NCBI GenBank assembly: GCA_049589355.1
Contig: JBAWAP010000384.1
Coordinates: forward strand, 2,349-66,348
DNA length: 64,000 nucleotides
Direction of reading: 5' to 3'
From: Anaerolineae bacterium
GTDB taxonomy: Bacteria; Chloroflexota; Anaerolineae; VGOG01
How positions within the stretch are numbered: position 1 is the first letter of the stretch; each line of letters starts with the position of its first letter. The position numbers and the translations under genes were made by a program. The notes beneath the pieces were generated by a model that was given only the letters and a program-made list of their open reading frames with translations, did no database searches and was not told where the DNA came from. Shown one piece after another: positions 1-9,659 of this stretch.

Positions 1-1
1 C

Positions 2-532
2 TCATTCACCGAAGGTGACGACATCTTCCAGACTTCGGCGTGAAGTTCGGTGAGGGTGAGCGGTGGGATAGCCAATAGGGACAATAGCCACAGGACGCAG
101 GCTAGCTGGCAGGCCGAGGGCTTTGGAGGCTGCCCTTTCGTCGAATGCACCTACCCAACAAGCGCCCAAACCCAGGGCTGTGGCAGCCAGCAGGATGTGC
201 TCGGTAGCAGCAGCAGTGTCTTGCAGACAATACAACTGCACCCCTCGGCTTCCGTAGCGCGAGGCTGAACGAACGGGGTCAGCGCAAACGACGATGACTA
301 CGGGCGCATCGGCGATAAACCATTGGCCGTAAGCGGCCTCGGCGAGCAGGCCCTTGGTCTGTTCGCTGCGGACGACCACGAAGTGCCAGGGCTGGCAGTT
401 GCCGGCTGAGGGAGCTCGAATAGCTGCCTCCAGGATTCTCCGCACCATTTCGGGCGGGACCTCGCGCCCGGCATCGAAATCCCGCACGCTATGCCTTTCC
501 TCGATCACTTGCCAAAAATCCATAGGGCTCAA
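2..532 (-). CDS. NAD(P)H nitroreductase family protein
   Basis: 176-aa ORF; nitroreductase-fold hallmarks read from the translation (RHSVRDF near N-terminus, SAGNCQPW, C-terminal IVPIGYP). Confidence 0.8.
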   Translation of the reverse strand: MSPMDFWQVIEERHSVRDFDAGREVPPEMVRRILEAAIRAPSAGNCQPWHFVVVRSEQTKGLLAEAAYGQWFIADAPVVIVVCADPVRSASRYGSRGVQLYCLQDTAAATEHILLAATALGLGACWVGAFDERAASKALGLPASLRPVAIVPIGYPTAHPHRTSRRSLEDVVTFGE

Positions 533-551
533 ACTCCTTGATCCAGGTATA

Positions 552-1310
552 TCACGCTTCCAATCCCCATTGCCTCAGTTCCTCCATCATCTGGTATTGA
601 GTCATATCGAGATGGAGGGGAGTAATGGAGACATAGTTGTTAGCCAGAGCCCAGATGTCCGTGCCCTCCTCATCCACGCCGCGCGGCGGTTGGCCCCCGA
701 TCCAATAGTAGCTGCGGCCCCTGGGGTCCCGGCGCTCCACCAGGGCATCTCTGTAAACGCGCCTGCCCAAACAGGTAATTCTGATGCCTGCTATCTCATC
801 TTGAGGCACAGCAGGCACGTTGACATTGAGGAAGGCAGTAGGGGGTAAGCCGCGCTCCAGGACGAGTGTAACCAGCCGGGCGGCAAATCGGGCAGCGTAG
901 GCGAAATCCTCACTCTCGTACGAATCCAAGGAGACGGCGATGGCAGGCATGCCAAAGATGACTGCCTCCATGGCTGCGGCTACAGTACCCGAGTAGGTAA
1001 TGTCCTGGCCCAGGTTGGCCCCCTGGTTGATCCCGGAGACCACCAGGTCCGGCTTTCGGGGTAGGATGCCGAGCACGGCCAGGGCCACGCAATCTGACGG
1101 AGCCCCGTTGGAGGTATAGGCCATCGTCCCATCGGGCAGGGTCGTTTGGTTCACCCGTAGAGGCTTGTGCATGGTTTTTGTGTGGCCAGCAGCCGACCAA
1201 TTGTGATCGGGGGTGAAAACCGTGACCTCGCCGACCTCTTGGAGGGCCTTCTGAAGGATAAACAGCCCCGACGCATCAACGCCATCGTCGTTGGTGATTA
1301 AGATGTGCAA
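552..1310 (-). CDS. surE: 5'/3'-nucleotidase SurE
   Basis: 252 aa beginning MHILITNDDG, the SurE N-terminal signature; conserved GxNxG region. Confidence 0.9.
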   Translation of the reverse strand: MHILITNDDGVDASGLFILQKALQEVGEVTVFTPDHNWSAAGHTKTMHKPLRVNQTTLPDGTMAYTSNGAPSDCVALAVLGILPRKPDLVVSGINQGANLGQDITYSGTVAAAMEAVIFGMPAIAVSLDSYESEDFAYAARFAARLVTLVLERGLPPTAFLNVNVPAVPQDEIAGIRITCLGRRVYRDALVERRDPRGRSYYWIGGQPPRGVDEEGTDIWALANNYVSITPLHLDMTQYQMMEELRQWGLEA

Positions 1311-1496
1311 ACTGCAATTACCTCACTTTTGTAGGGATGCCCCAAAAGATCCATTAAGCGATTATACCCCACTAGCTTGTAAAAGGCAAAAACCTATAGC
1401 TTGTGCGGCGATTCGACCTTGGTGGAGGTCCTACCTTTTTTCTGTTCGCGAAGGCGTCACTAGCGAACCCTTGAGGGACCAAACTTAGATCGGCAC

Positions 1497-1536
1497 TTCA
1501 CGGAGAATTCACGGAAGTTTCACGCCGTTTTCACCC
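1497..1536. promoter_or_regulatory. Four direct repeats of TTCACGG/TTCACSC with exact 11-bp periodicity upstream of the response-regulator gene
   Basis: TTCACGG at 1497, 1508, 1519(TTCACGC), 1530(TTCACCC). 11-bp spacing is typical of helically phased transcription-factor sites. Confidence 0.35.
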
Positions 1537-1629
1537 ACTGTTGGGTTTAGAGGTGTTATACTATTGGTGGTAGTGATTCTCTATTATCCCTGTAAATAGG
1601 GGACCGGTCTAGGGCTAGCAGTAAGTGAA

Positions 1630-2418
1630 ATGCTCATCGAGGAACAAGAGGAGGAGATGAGAAACATGAGTGGCAAAGCTAGCATATTGATCGTGGACGA
1701 CGACAAAGGCATGGGCGAGACCTTGCTTGATATCATGGAGGAGATAGGGTACGATGCCGATGTCGCCAGGGATGGATTCGAAGCTATTGAGAAAGCCAAG
1801 AATGGCACCTTCGATGTAGTCCTTATGGACATCAAGATGCCGGGGATGAACGGGGTGCAGACGTTCAAGGAGATAAGGAAGATCCTGCCAGAGGTAAACG
1901 TCGTCATGATGACAGCCTATGCTATGGAAGACTTGATCACCGAGGCCCTGCAAGAGGGAGCCTATGGTGTGCTCTACAAGCCGCTGGAAGTCGAGAAGGT
2001 ACTGAACCTCGTTGAAAGTTTAAGCAGTCTAGGTCCTATCTTGGTGATAGATGACGACCCTGGTGTCTGTGAACAACTTAGGGACGTGTTGCAGCGCAAA
2101 GGTTATAATGTGCGCCTAGCCAGGAGCGGTGCCGAGGCCATAGATATTGTAAGGCAAATAGACACACAGATCGTATTTGTGGATGTCAAATTGCCGACTG
2201 CTACTGGTTTTGAGGTCTACAAAGCCATTAAAGAGATTAATCCCCAAGCGATGGCCATCATGATGACCGGCTATCATTACGAAGTTGTAGAGATGGCTGA
2301 CGAAGCCCCAAGGGGTGGTGCCATTGCTTGTTTATACAAACCCTTTGATGTCACCGAGATAGTGAGACTCGTCGAGGGAATTTCCCAGGAAAAGCGTCAG
2401 GTAGTGCCAAATACCTGA
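1630..2418 (+). CDS. Response regulator with two tandem CheY-like receiver domains, no output domain
   Basis: Two REC domains in the translation (ILIVDDD...DVVLMDIKMPGMNG...; ILVIDDDPG...VFVDVKLP); true start probably MSGKA at ~1666. Confidence 0.85.
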   Translation: MLIEEQEEEMRNMSGKASILIVDDDKGMGETLLDIMEEIGYDADVARDGFEAIEKAKNGTFDVVLMDIKMPGMNGVQTFKEIRKILPEVNVVMMTAYAMEDLITEALQEGAYGVLYKPLEVEKVLNLVESLSSLGPILVIDDDPGVCEQLRDVLQRKGYNVRLARSGAEAIDIVRQIDTQIVFVDVKLPTATGFEVYKAIKEINPQAMAIMMTGYHYEVVEMADEAPRGGAIACLYKPFDVTEIVRLVEGISQEKRQVVPNT

Positions 2419-2520
2419 CAACTGAATTGCTTAGCGGTTCCGAACTAGCGTGGGCAAGAAATATGCAGGACAATCAGGCGCGCTTTTGGGGATATCACTA
2501 CAAATGCCCGTCAAGGTCCA

Positions 2521-2549
2521 ACTTGACAACATGGGCATCCTAACCTATA
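2521..2549 (+). promoter_or_regulatory. Consensus sigma-70 promoter (TTGACA-17 nt-TATAAT)
   Basis: ttgacaacatgggcatcctaacctataat. Both hexamers perfect with a 17-nt spacer. Confidence 0.55.
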
Positions 2550-2556
2550 ATTCCCC

Positions 2557-2710
2557 TTGGGAAACAAGCAATGTACCTGATGGGGAAGAGGTTAGCTGCT
2601 AAACACGATTCGTGGGCTTTGGACCCGTCGCTTTCGGTGGACCGGGTAAGTGTGCGGGCGTTGATTACGCTTAGAGCCTAATGCCTTCGGGCATTGGGCT
2701 CTTTTTGTTC
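2557..2710 (+). ncRNA. Candidate ~150-nt small RNA or riboswitch-like leader of the downstream zinc-ribbon gene
   Basis: Bounded by a perfect promoter (2521-2549) and an intrinsic terminator (2673-2710); no plausible ORF inside. Class not identified. Confidence 0.3.
2673..2710 (+). terminator. Rho-independent terminator hairpin
   Basis: AGAGCCTAATGCC-TTCG-GGCATTGGGCTCT followed by TTTTTGTT. Confidence 0.6.
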
Positions 2711-2743
2711 TAGCTTGTGGCAAATGGCTGACGCTACACTTCT

Positions 2744-3463
2744 ATGGAGGTTGCTATCATGAGTAAGGCTGAGAGACTTTATCGCTTGCAGACCATTGAC
2801 CTGGAGGTCGAGGCGAGGAACTGCCGCCTGAGAGAAGTGAAAGCCACTTTGGAAGGAAATGAGGAATTGCAACGAGTGCGGCAGGCCCTGCAAGACGGAG
2901 AGAAGAAACTGAGCCGGCAGCGAACGAAGCTGCGCGACAGGGAACTGGAGATGCAAAGCCTGACCAACAAGATTGTTTCGGTGGAGGATATTCTCTACGG
3001 CGGCCGTATCAAAACCCCCAAGGAGCTAGCCAATCTTCAGGAAGAGGTTCAGTACCTGAAGCGCAGGAAGGGCGAACTCGAAGATCAGGTGTTGGAATCC
3101 ATGATCGAGGTTGAGGAGAGCGAAGCCAGCGTGACGGAGCAGCGGGAGAGGCTGGCCCGCCTGGATGAGGAGTGGCAAGAGACCCAAGCCCGGCTCTCCG
3201 CCGAACAAAATGAGCTAATAAGCCGACTGAGCCAACTAAAGGCGGAACGGGCTGGACTACAGAGGGCAATTGAGGCAGGCGACCTGGCCTTATACGAGGA
3301 TTTGCGACGCCGCAGGGGTGGGCGAGCGGTGGCTCTCCTGGAAGGCGAACTCTGTCAGGCCTGCAGGGTGACCCTGCCCACCAGCAAGGCGCAACAGGCC
3401 CGTCAAGGAGAGGCATTGACCCTCTGCAGTAGCTGCGAGCGCATCCTCTATGTGGAGCGATAG
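2744..3463 (+). CDS. Coiled-coil zinc-ribbon protein (COG1579/DUF164-like, C4-type)
   Basis: Long coiled-coil region followed by CQACRVTLP...CSSCERILY C4 ribbon. Probable true start MSKAER at 2759. Confidence 0.7.
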   Translation: MEVAIMSKAERLYRLQTIDLEVEARNCRLREVKATLEGNEELQRVRQALQDGEKKLSRQRTKLRDRELEMQSLTNKIVSVEDILYGGRIKTPKELANLQEEVQYLKRRKGELEDQVLESMIEVEESEASVTEQRERLARLDEEWQETQARLSAEQNELISRLSQLKAERAGLQRAIEAGDLALYEDLRRRRGGRAVALLEGELCQACRVTLPTSKAQQARQGEALTLCSSCERILYVER

Positions 3464-3880
3464 AGGCTTAACTATTCTAACAATCTTTCCTCCACTCTCT
3501 GAGCTGACAAACCAGATCAGAATCAGAAGCCCGGCTCTGTCGAAGCCTGGCTTTAACTGTCTTGCGTCTAGGACAGCTCGGTGTCAAGAATGCCTTGCTG
3601 CAGAGCTAGAGCTACCGCTTAGGTGCGGGCAGGCGCGTCAAGTCTCCACCTTGTCTACGAATGACTTTTCGATTACAATATGGGTGATCAAAGTGAGAAA
3701 ATTTCATCTTGGACAAGGACAGGCTGGCGCGCTACGGGGAGAAGTGCTTCGAGATCACCTTGCGGGGCATCGCGCTGGAGACCGTCAGCGAGAAGAGGCT
3801 GTTCACCGCGCTGCGCCTGGCCCGCAAGCGGCGTCGGTAAAAGGATAGACATCACGGAACAGAGGGAAACTATTGAAGGA

Positions 3881-4510
3881 ATGACGAACACGACTCCCAC
3901 CATCGAGCATGTGCGCGCCACGATGCATGGTCCGCTGCCCGGCCTTGAGGCGCAGATCACCATGGCTCCGTGCCCACGCCCGTTCAGTCCACCTCCCGGC
4001 GTCGAGCCCCGCCAGGCCGGGGTCCTGCTGGTCCTGTACCCCATCCACGGCGTGCTCCACCTGATGTTGACTGTGCGCACGCCAGACCTAAATCACCACA
4101 GCGGTCAGGTCTCGCTGCCCGGAGGCGGGTGGGAGGAAGGGGATGCTTCGCTCCAGGAGACCGCGCTGCGTGAGGCTCAGGAGGAAATCGGGATCGTCAG
4201 TGACGAGTTGGAACTTCTTGGTTCCCTCACGCCGATCTATGTCCCGCCCAGCAACAACATCGTTCATCCTTTCGTCGCTTACGTACCCCAACGCCCCTCC
4301 TTTCACCCCGATCCCAAAGAAGTGGCCGAGTTGCTGGATGTCCCCCTGTATCTGCTTCTGGACCCGGCGACGCGGCGCGAGGAGGACTGGACTTGGCGTG
4401 GAGCACCCTTGCACGTTCCCTTCTACGCTGCGGGCGAGCATAAGGTCTGGGGCGCTACCGCTATCATACTGGCTGAGTTCATCGCGCTGCTCACCCAATT
4501 GCCAACCTGA
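3881..4510 (+). CDS. NUDIX hydrolase (CoA pyrophosphatase-like)
   Basis: Nudix box GGGWEEGDASLQETALREAQEEIG. ATG at 3881 chosen over the upstream long ORF start (3680). Confidence 0.8.
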   Translation: MTNTTPTIEHVRATMHGPLPGLEAQITMAPCPRPFSPPPGVEPRQAGVLLVLYPIHGVLHLMLTVRTPDLNHHSGQVSLPGGGWEEGDASLQETALREAQEEIGIVSDELELLGSLTPIYVPPSNNIVHPFVAYVPQRPSFHPDPKEVAELLDVPLYLLLDPATRREEDWTWRGAPLHVPFYAAGEHKVWGATAIILAEFIALLTQLPT

Positions 4511-4814
4511 CTTGTCCCACTTGACCGAGCGACGAGCTCGATATGAGCAGGAACGCGTGGAGGAGCGATGACCAGTGGGCGCTAGGGAGATAAAAAAGCA
4601 GAGCCGGGGCCTGCTGCGCAGTAACGTGTAGCTCCAGCCACGGAGTGGATACCGTGAGGGCACTACACCACCCGGCTTCTGCTAATAGTATACCAGACTC
4701 TTGCCGGATTGTCAAGCTGAAGTTATAGGCGAAGTGCGCGGTACGAAGGAGAACGGGCGAAGGAGCGATGAAACATGAAGCGTAGAAAGTCAAACGTCAA
4801 ACGAGAAACGTTAA

Positions 4815-5366
4815 ATGGGAGAGGGAGCGATGCTATTACTGGAGGAAATCGCCCATCGGTTTGATGGGGCTGGCATTACCTGGGCGGTGTTTGCTGGAGC
4901 GGCTGCGGCCGTCTACGGTGCGACCTGCCCGGTGACCGACGTGGATATTCTGATTCCAGCCTCGGAGGGAGAGGGAGTGGCCGCCCTTTTCCCTGAGGCA
5001 CACGTGACACGGCAGGAGGATGGCTCGGTTCGTGGAATCAAACTACCCGGCTTTGATATCCTGGCGGGGTTAACCAGCATGGATCTGGACGTCCAGATGG
5101 CAGCGCGGCTGACGCATCACGAGATTGCTGGCGTCACCGTGCCTGTGATCCCGCCCGAGGATAACATCCTTCTGAAGGCTATTTGGAGGCGTGGCCCAGA
5201 GGAGGGCAAGCACGATTGGGAGGACGTGCAGGCAATGATGGCCCACCTCCCAGCCCTCGACTGGGACTATCTGCACTGGCGGGCCAATGCATGTGGTCCC
5301 CAGCAACGTGTGCAACAGGCTCTAAACTGCCTGGAGGAGTTGTGGCGACGGCTAAACAAATCATGA
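4815..5366 (+). CDS. Nucleotidyltransferase-fold protein (Pol-beta superfamily, minimal NTase)
   Basis: GAAAAVYGATCPVTDVDILI matches hG[GS]...DhDh NTase motif. Likely start at second ATG (~4830) with GGAGAGGGAGCG RBS. Confidence 0.5.
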   Translation: MGEGAMLLLEEIAHRFDGAGITWAVFAGAAAAVYGATCPVTDVDILIPASEGEGVAALFPEAHVTRQEDGSVRGIKLPGFDILAGLTSMDLDVQMAARLTHHEIAGVTVPVIPPEDNILLKAIWRRGPEEGKHDWEDVQAMMAHLPALDWDYLHWRANACGPQQRVQQALNCLEELWRRLNKS

Positions 5367-5378
5367 GGAGGTTCGCCT

Positions 5379-6146
5379 TTGAAACTGGTTCGATTTCTGA
5401 AGAATGACCAACCATGCTACGGCCTGATCGAGGGGGAAGCCGTCTACGCAGTCGAGGGCTCTATCTTTGGCAAGTTCCGCCAGGGGGAGAAGGTGGCCAC
5501 ATTGACCGAGGTCAGCCTCCTGGCCCCCTGTCAGCCTACCAAAATTCTGGCCGTGGGTCTCAACTATCGCGCCCATGCTGCTGAGTCCGGCCACGACGTG
5601 CCGTCGGAACCTCTCTTTTTCTCTAAGCCTCCTTCCTCCGTCATCGGCCCCTTCGAACCCATCGTTCACCCCGTCCTATCACAACAGGTGGACTACGAGG
5701 GCGAGCTGGCCGTGATCATCGGACAACGGGTCAGAAATGTGCGACCGGAGAAAGCGCATGGCTTCATCCTCGGCTACACTTGCGGCAACGACGTCACGGC
5801 CCGCGACCTGCAGCGGCGGGATGACCAATGGACCCGGGCCAAGGGATTCGACACCTTTTGCCCCCTCGGACCCTACATCGTTACCGACCTGGACCCTGGG
5901 CATCTCACCATTCAGACACGGGTAAACGGCGAAATCCGCCAGAGCACGTCCACCGCCGACATGGTCTTCAGCGTGGCCGAGTTGATCGCCTACATCTCAC
6001 AGGTTATGACCCTGGAGCCCGGCGACGTGATCCTCACCGGCACGCCGTCCGGCGTGGGGCCCTTGCAACCTGGCGATGTGGTGGAAGTGGAAATCGAAGG
6101 CATCGGAACCCTGCGCAACCCGGTGGTGAGCCAGGGCTCAGGATAG
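5379..6146 (+). CDS. Fumarylacetoacetate hydrolase (FAH) family protein
   Basis: 255 aa; [15 protein letters not shown]...[11 protein letters not shown]...[13 protein letters not shown] typical FAH-fold motifs. Confidence 0.9.
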   Translation: MKLVRFLKNDQPCYGLIEGEAVYAVEGSIFGKFRQGEKVATLTEVSLLAPCQPTKILAVGLNYRAHAAESGHDVPSEPLFFSKPPSSVIGPFEPIVHPVLSQQVDYEGELAVIIGQRVRNVRPEKAHGFILGYTCGNDVTARDLQRRDDQWTRAKGFDTFCPLGPYIVTDLDPGHLTIQTRVNGEIRQSTSTADMVFSVAELIAYISQVMTLEPGDVILTGTPSGVGPLQPGDVVEVEIEGIGTLRNPVVSQGSG

Positions 6147-6153
6147 GAGCGTT

Positions 6154-7365
6154 TCACTCCCCAGACGGCTCCTTCACCGCCAAGACAACAGCCACCAGCG
6201 CGATAGCAACGCCCACCAGGTTGGCCAGGATGGGGGCCTGGAACCCGAATCGGTCGTAGAGTAGACCGCCAATGTAAGGCGCGGGGAAGCCAATCAGCCC
6301 CCGGAAGGCGGAAAGCCGCCCCATTGCCTCTCCTAATTGCTTCGTGGGTACACTGTTGGCCAGAAGCGCCCGTAGGGCCGGCGCCCAGGTGGCGGCCACC
6401 AGCCCAAAGAGAGCATGCAGAGCGGCGAAGGCCACGAAGCTGGTACTGAAGAGCCATCCGCCGACGACGAGGATGCCTATCACCTCCGATAGGGCCAGGA
6501 AAAGCTTGGAGCCATAACGGTCTATCAGCCTCCCAATGGGCAGTTGGGAGAGCGCCCAGACTAGCGAGAGAAGGCCGGACATCATCCCCAACTGGAAGGT
6601 AGTGAAGCCGTAGGTCTCGCTCAGCATCCCGAAGAGAAGGGTTCCCCCCAGTCCCCAGACGAAGATGTCCACGGCCATGGCCCAGTAGAAACCCCGCAGT
6701 TCCCTGGGAGGCACGACCATCCTGATCAGCACTCCCTTCAGTTCGCCCAGGGGAATGTCCCTGGTCGCCCTGGTCAAGGTTTCCTCCAGGAGCCAGAGGA
6801 TGAGGAGCAGGCGCAGGGCCTCCAGTCCAAAGTGCAACAGAAAGACCGGGGCGAAACCCCAGCGGTCAGCGATGAATCCGCCCAGAGCCGGGGCGAAGAC
6901 ACCGGGCACAATCCAAGAGGTCAACTGGAGGCTGTAGGCCAGGCCACGCTGGCCGGTTTGTGCCGACTCGGCGACCAGCGAAATCTCGGCGGGACTGGAA
7001 GCTAAAGTCGCTCCTAATAAGATTACCCCCGCCAGCAGCCATCGCCAATCGCCGAGGATAGCTGCCAGCAGGTAGAACACCATGACCAGGAGGCCCAAGA
7101 GGCTGCCCAGAGCGAGAAGGGGCTTCCTCCCCAGGCGATCGGAGAGCCAGCCACCGATGGGCTGGATAAGGGCGGTTGTAAGTCCCCTCCTCCCACCCAG
7201 GCTCTCCAGGAGGCCAAGCGTGCTCATCGGCGCGCCCAGGCTGAGCACAAAGGGTTGCCACACGGCCTGCGTCATAGTGGAGAACAGGCCAGTCAGGAAA
7301 GAGGTGATGGCAATAACCCGCAGATTCTGGCTTATCCGGCCCCCTTTTATACTTTTGCCTCTCAT
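6154..7365 (-). CDS. MFS transporter
   Basis: 403 aa, ~12 predicted TM helices, MFS-type G-x-L-x-D-R-x-G-R-K motif (GGWLSDRLGRKP). Confidence 0.85.
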   Translation of the reverse strand: MRGKSIKGGRISQNLRVIAITSFLTGLFSTMTQAVWQPFVLSLGAPMSTLGLLESLGGRRGLTTALIQPIGGWLSDRLGRKPLLALGSLLGLLVMVFYLLAAILGDWRWLLAGVILLGATLASSPAEISLVAESAQTGQRGLAYSLQLTSWIVPGVFAPALGGFIADRWGFAPVFLLHFGLEALRLLLILWLLEETLTRATRDIPLGELKGVLIRMVVPPRELRGFYWAMAVDIFVWGLGGTLLFGMLSETYGFTTFQLGMMSGLLSLVWALSQLPIGRLIDRYGSKLFLALSEVIGILVVGGWLFSTSFVAFAALHALFGLVAATWAPALRALLANSVPTKQLGEAMGRLSAFRGLIGFPAPYIGGLLYDRFGFQAPILANLVGVAIALVAVVLAVKEPSGE

Positions 7366-8651
7366 CTTTTAGCAAGGGTGAAGGGGTTCTTCACGTAGGT
7401 TCCAGGGGGATATGGCTTCACCACGACCTCGACGTCTTCCCCGCTGAGGAAGCGGCCCAGCCGTTGGGCCTCGGTCATTAGGGCCTTGTTCTCGACATCC
7501 TGCCAGAGGAGCAATTCGATGGCAGCCTCTAGCTCCCGCCAGACGCCCACCGCCCTCCCATTGACCCAGACGGTGGCGAAGGCATTGCCTGCCCGGTCGA
7601 AGACCTTCTCGTAGTGCTCCGGCGCGAGAAAGCGGCGGCGATCCCGATACCCCATAAGGTAGGGATCGAGGCTGGGAAGCAAGTTGGCAGTCGGCTCTGG
7701 CCCAAGCTGGGTCTCCTGTAGCTGTTGATGATCCGTCGCCAGCATCAAATAGCCCCCGCCCAGGCCCTCAATCTCGGTCTCCACGATCTCGTCGTCCAAG
7801 GCGGACAGGGCCCTCCTTGTCTCCCCTTTGCTGAAGCCGCTCCACCAGGCGATGTCCTCCAGGGTGGCCGGGCCAAGGGCGGCGAGGTAACTTCGCACCA
7901 AGCGAGCCTGTGCCTCATCTGGTGTGAGGGATTCCAGATCTACATCGGGCAACCAGACAGCCAGGGAAGCGTACTCGTGCAGGGTGCTGCGCCAACTGCC
8001 GCGGGGTTTGGCCCTCACCAGAAGGCCCAGGATGCACATGCCTGGCACGATCCTCGAACCCAGGCTAAATTCACCCGCGTAGGGCTTGTCCACGTTGTAC
8101 TTGACCTTGATATTGAGCTCCGGCACCAGTTCGCTCATCTCCGACACCGTGGATGGCCCTCTGTCTGCCAGAATCTCCGCGATCCGCTGATGCAGGCGGT
8201 CCAGCGCCTCCGCTTCTTCTCCCTCTTTGCACAGCCCGGCTTGCACCAGCAACCCGCGTGCCGCGCTCGGGAACCGCCTTTGCACTTGCTTCTTCGTGGC
8301 CTGGAAGAAGGCCGGTAGCTGGTCTGAGGGGACGATGTGCAGTGTCCTGCGCATGGATATTACCCTAACCAGCCTTCTGTTCTCGTACAGTGCCGCATCG
8401 AGTTGCTGACGACTAAACCCTTTCACTCTGCTCCAGAGGGAGAGATAGGGGGTGAGGGCTGACGTGGCGTGCAGGGCGCAGATGTCCTCGACGACCTGCA
8501 CGACATCGTCCCCCCGCGTCTCCGGAGCAAGGTGCTGCTTGCTCAACAGAAACCAGTTGACTTGATCCGGAGTCACTGGCCTGATGCCCACGGTCACCCT
8601 CTGTAGACCTGTTCGTACTTGGCCCCGCACTCCCTGTGCAATTGCAGCCAC
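7362..8651 (-). CDS. Winged-helix DNA glycosylase, YcaQ/AlkZ (DUF1006) family-like
   Basis: ~400 aa with wHTH region and 'RRTLHIVP' motif characteristic of the YcaQ/AlkZ interstrand-crosslink glycosylase family. 5' end overlaps the next ORF, so the true start is probably an internal GTG/TTG. Confidence 0.55.
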   Translation of the reverse strand: MAAIAQGVRGQVRTGLQRVTVGIRPVTPDQVNWFLLSKQHLAPETRGDDVVQVVEDICALHATSALTPYLSLWSRVKGFSRQQLDAALYENRRLVRVISMRRTLHIVPSDQLPAFFQATKKQVQRRFPSAARGLLVQAGLCKEGEEAEALDRLHQRIAEILADRGPSTVSEMSELVPELNIKVKYNVDKPYAGEFSLGSRIVPGMCILGLLVRAKPRGSWRSTLHEYASLAVWLPDVDLESLTPDEAQARLVRSYLAALGPATLEDIAWWSGFSKGETRRALSALDDEIVETEIEGLGGGYLMLATDHQQLQETQLGPEPTANLLPSLDPYLMGYRDRRRFLAPEHYEKVFDRAGNAFATVWVNGRAVGVWRELEAAIELLLWQDVENKALMTEAQRLGRFLSGEDVEVVVKPYPPGTYVKNPFTLAKR

Positions 8652-9004
8652 CTGTCCCGCTGACGCTGGTCGGCCCAGTATGCCTCCTGCTCGTCCAGCC
8701 AGGCCTCCACGCCGATGCGCCGTATCCGCCTCAGGTTCTCCAGCACGGGCAGGTGGGTTCGCCAGATAGGGTCGTAGGCGAACTGGATGATGCGCGTGCA
8801 GGGGAAATCGTCACACTCAGCGCAGCTTTCGAGTCCCTTCTCGGTGATACAACGATAGATGTAGCAGGCACGGCGATGAGGCCCCGCCGCGCAGTGATCG
8901 CAGTCGCAGGCGCAGCCGTGACAGGTCCTATCCAGCAAAAACTCGCTGCAGTTGCCGCAGTAGAGACCGCATGGAGCAGCGAGCTTCTTTCGATCGCTCA
9001 ACAT
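8594..9004 (-). CDS. DUF3795 cysteine-rich protein
   Basis: CGLYCGNC...C..C.C..C...C.EC..FPC pattern. Confidence 0.7.
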   Translation of the reverse strand: MLSDRKKLAAPCGLYCGNCSEFLLDRTCHGCACDCDHCAAGPHRRACYIYRCITEKGLESCAECDDFPCTRIIQFAYDPIWRTHLPVLENLRRIRRIGVEAWLDEQEAYWADQRQRDRWLQLHRECGAKYEQVYRG

Positions 9005-9016
9005 TTTGCATCCTTT

Positions 9017-9622
9017 TTACTCGGGCCTTTTCCTCAGCTTCAGGTCAACGCCAGCTTGCGAGGCCAATGCTTGGATGGACGATTTCATGGCTTTGGCCTT
9101 GGCTTTCAAGTCCAAACCATCAATCTGCTCGCTGGCCAGCATCCCCTCTATCTTGCCTATCGCCTGGCGGATCAGATCGGGAGGCATCAGGGCGCAGGCC
9201 GCACAGTAGAAGCTCATCGAGCGGCCCTCGTTGTAGTTGGCCAGGAGGTGTTCCACCAAAAGCCGTCGTTTCCGCTGCTCCTCCAGGTAGGTTTCCAGCC
9301 CGACCTCCCTGATCCTGTCCAGATTGGGGATAGCGGGCTTGTGGCTCAAGAAGCTGTCCAGTCCCTCCTCCATGCCCAGCACCCTCAGCAGCCTTTCGCA
9401 AGGATACTCGGCGCAGTCAGCGCAGGTGAAAAGCTTCCGCTTGACGACACAGCAGCGGTAGACGCTACAGTAGGAATGTTGCTCGCCCAATTGGCAGCCG
9501 AGGCACCTGCTCTGGGCCTGGGACTGATAGCGGGGGCACAACCCGCAGTAGAGGCCGCAGACACTGGCCAGGTCTCTCTCTTCCACCAAGTTTACGATCT
9601 CTGCCTCCATATTCGCCAGCAA
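9017..9622 (-). CDS. DUF3795 cysteine-rich protein
   Basis: CGLYCGLCPRY...CLGC...C..YRCC...CADCAEYPCERL. Confidence 0.7.
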   Translation of the reverse strand: MLANMEAEIVNLVEERDLASVCGLYCGLCPRYQSQAQSRCLGCQLGEQHSYCSVYRCCVVKRKLFTCADCAEYPCERLLRVLGMEEGLDSFLSHKPAIPNLDRIREVGLETYLEEQRKRRLLVEHLLANYNEGRSMSFYCAACALMPPDLIRQAIGKIEGMLASEQIDGLDLKAKAKAMKSSIQALASQAGVDLKLRKRPE

Positions 9623-9659
9623 AAAGCGTCAGGGAGCTTTCCACGATGCACCCTTTGCG

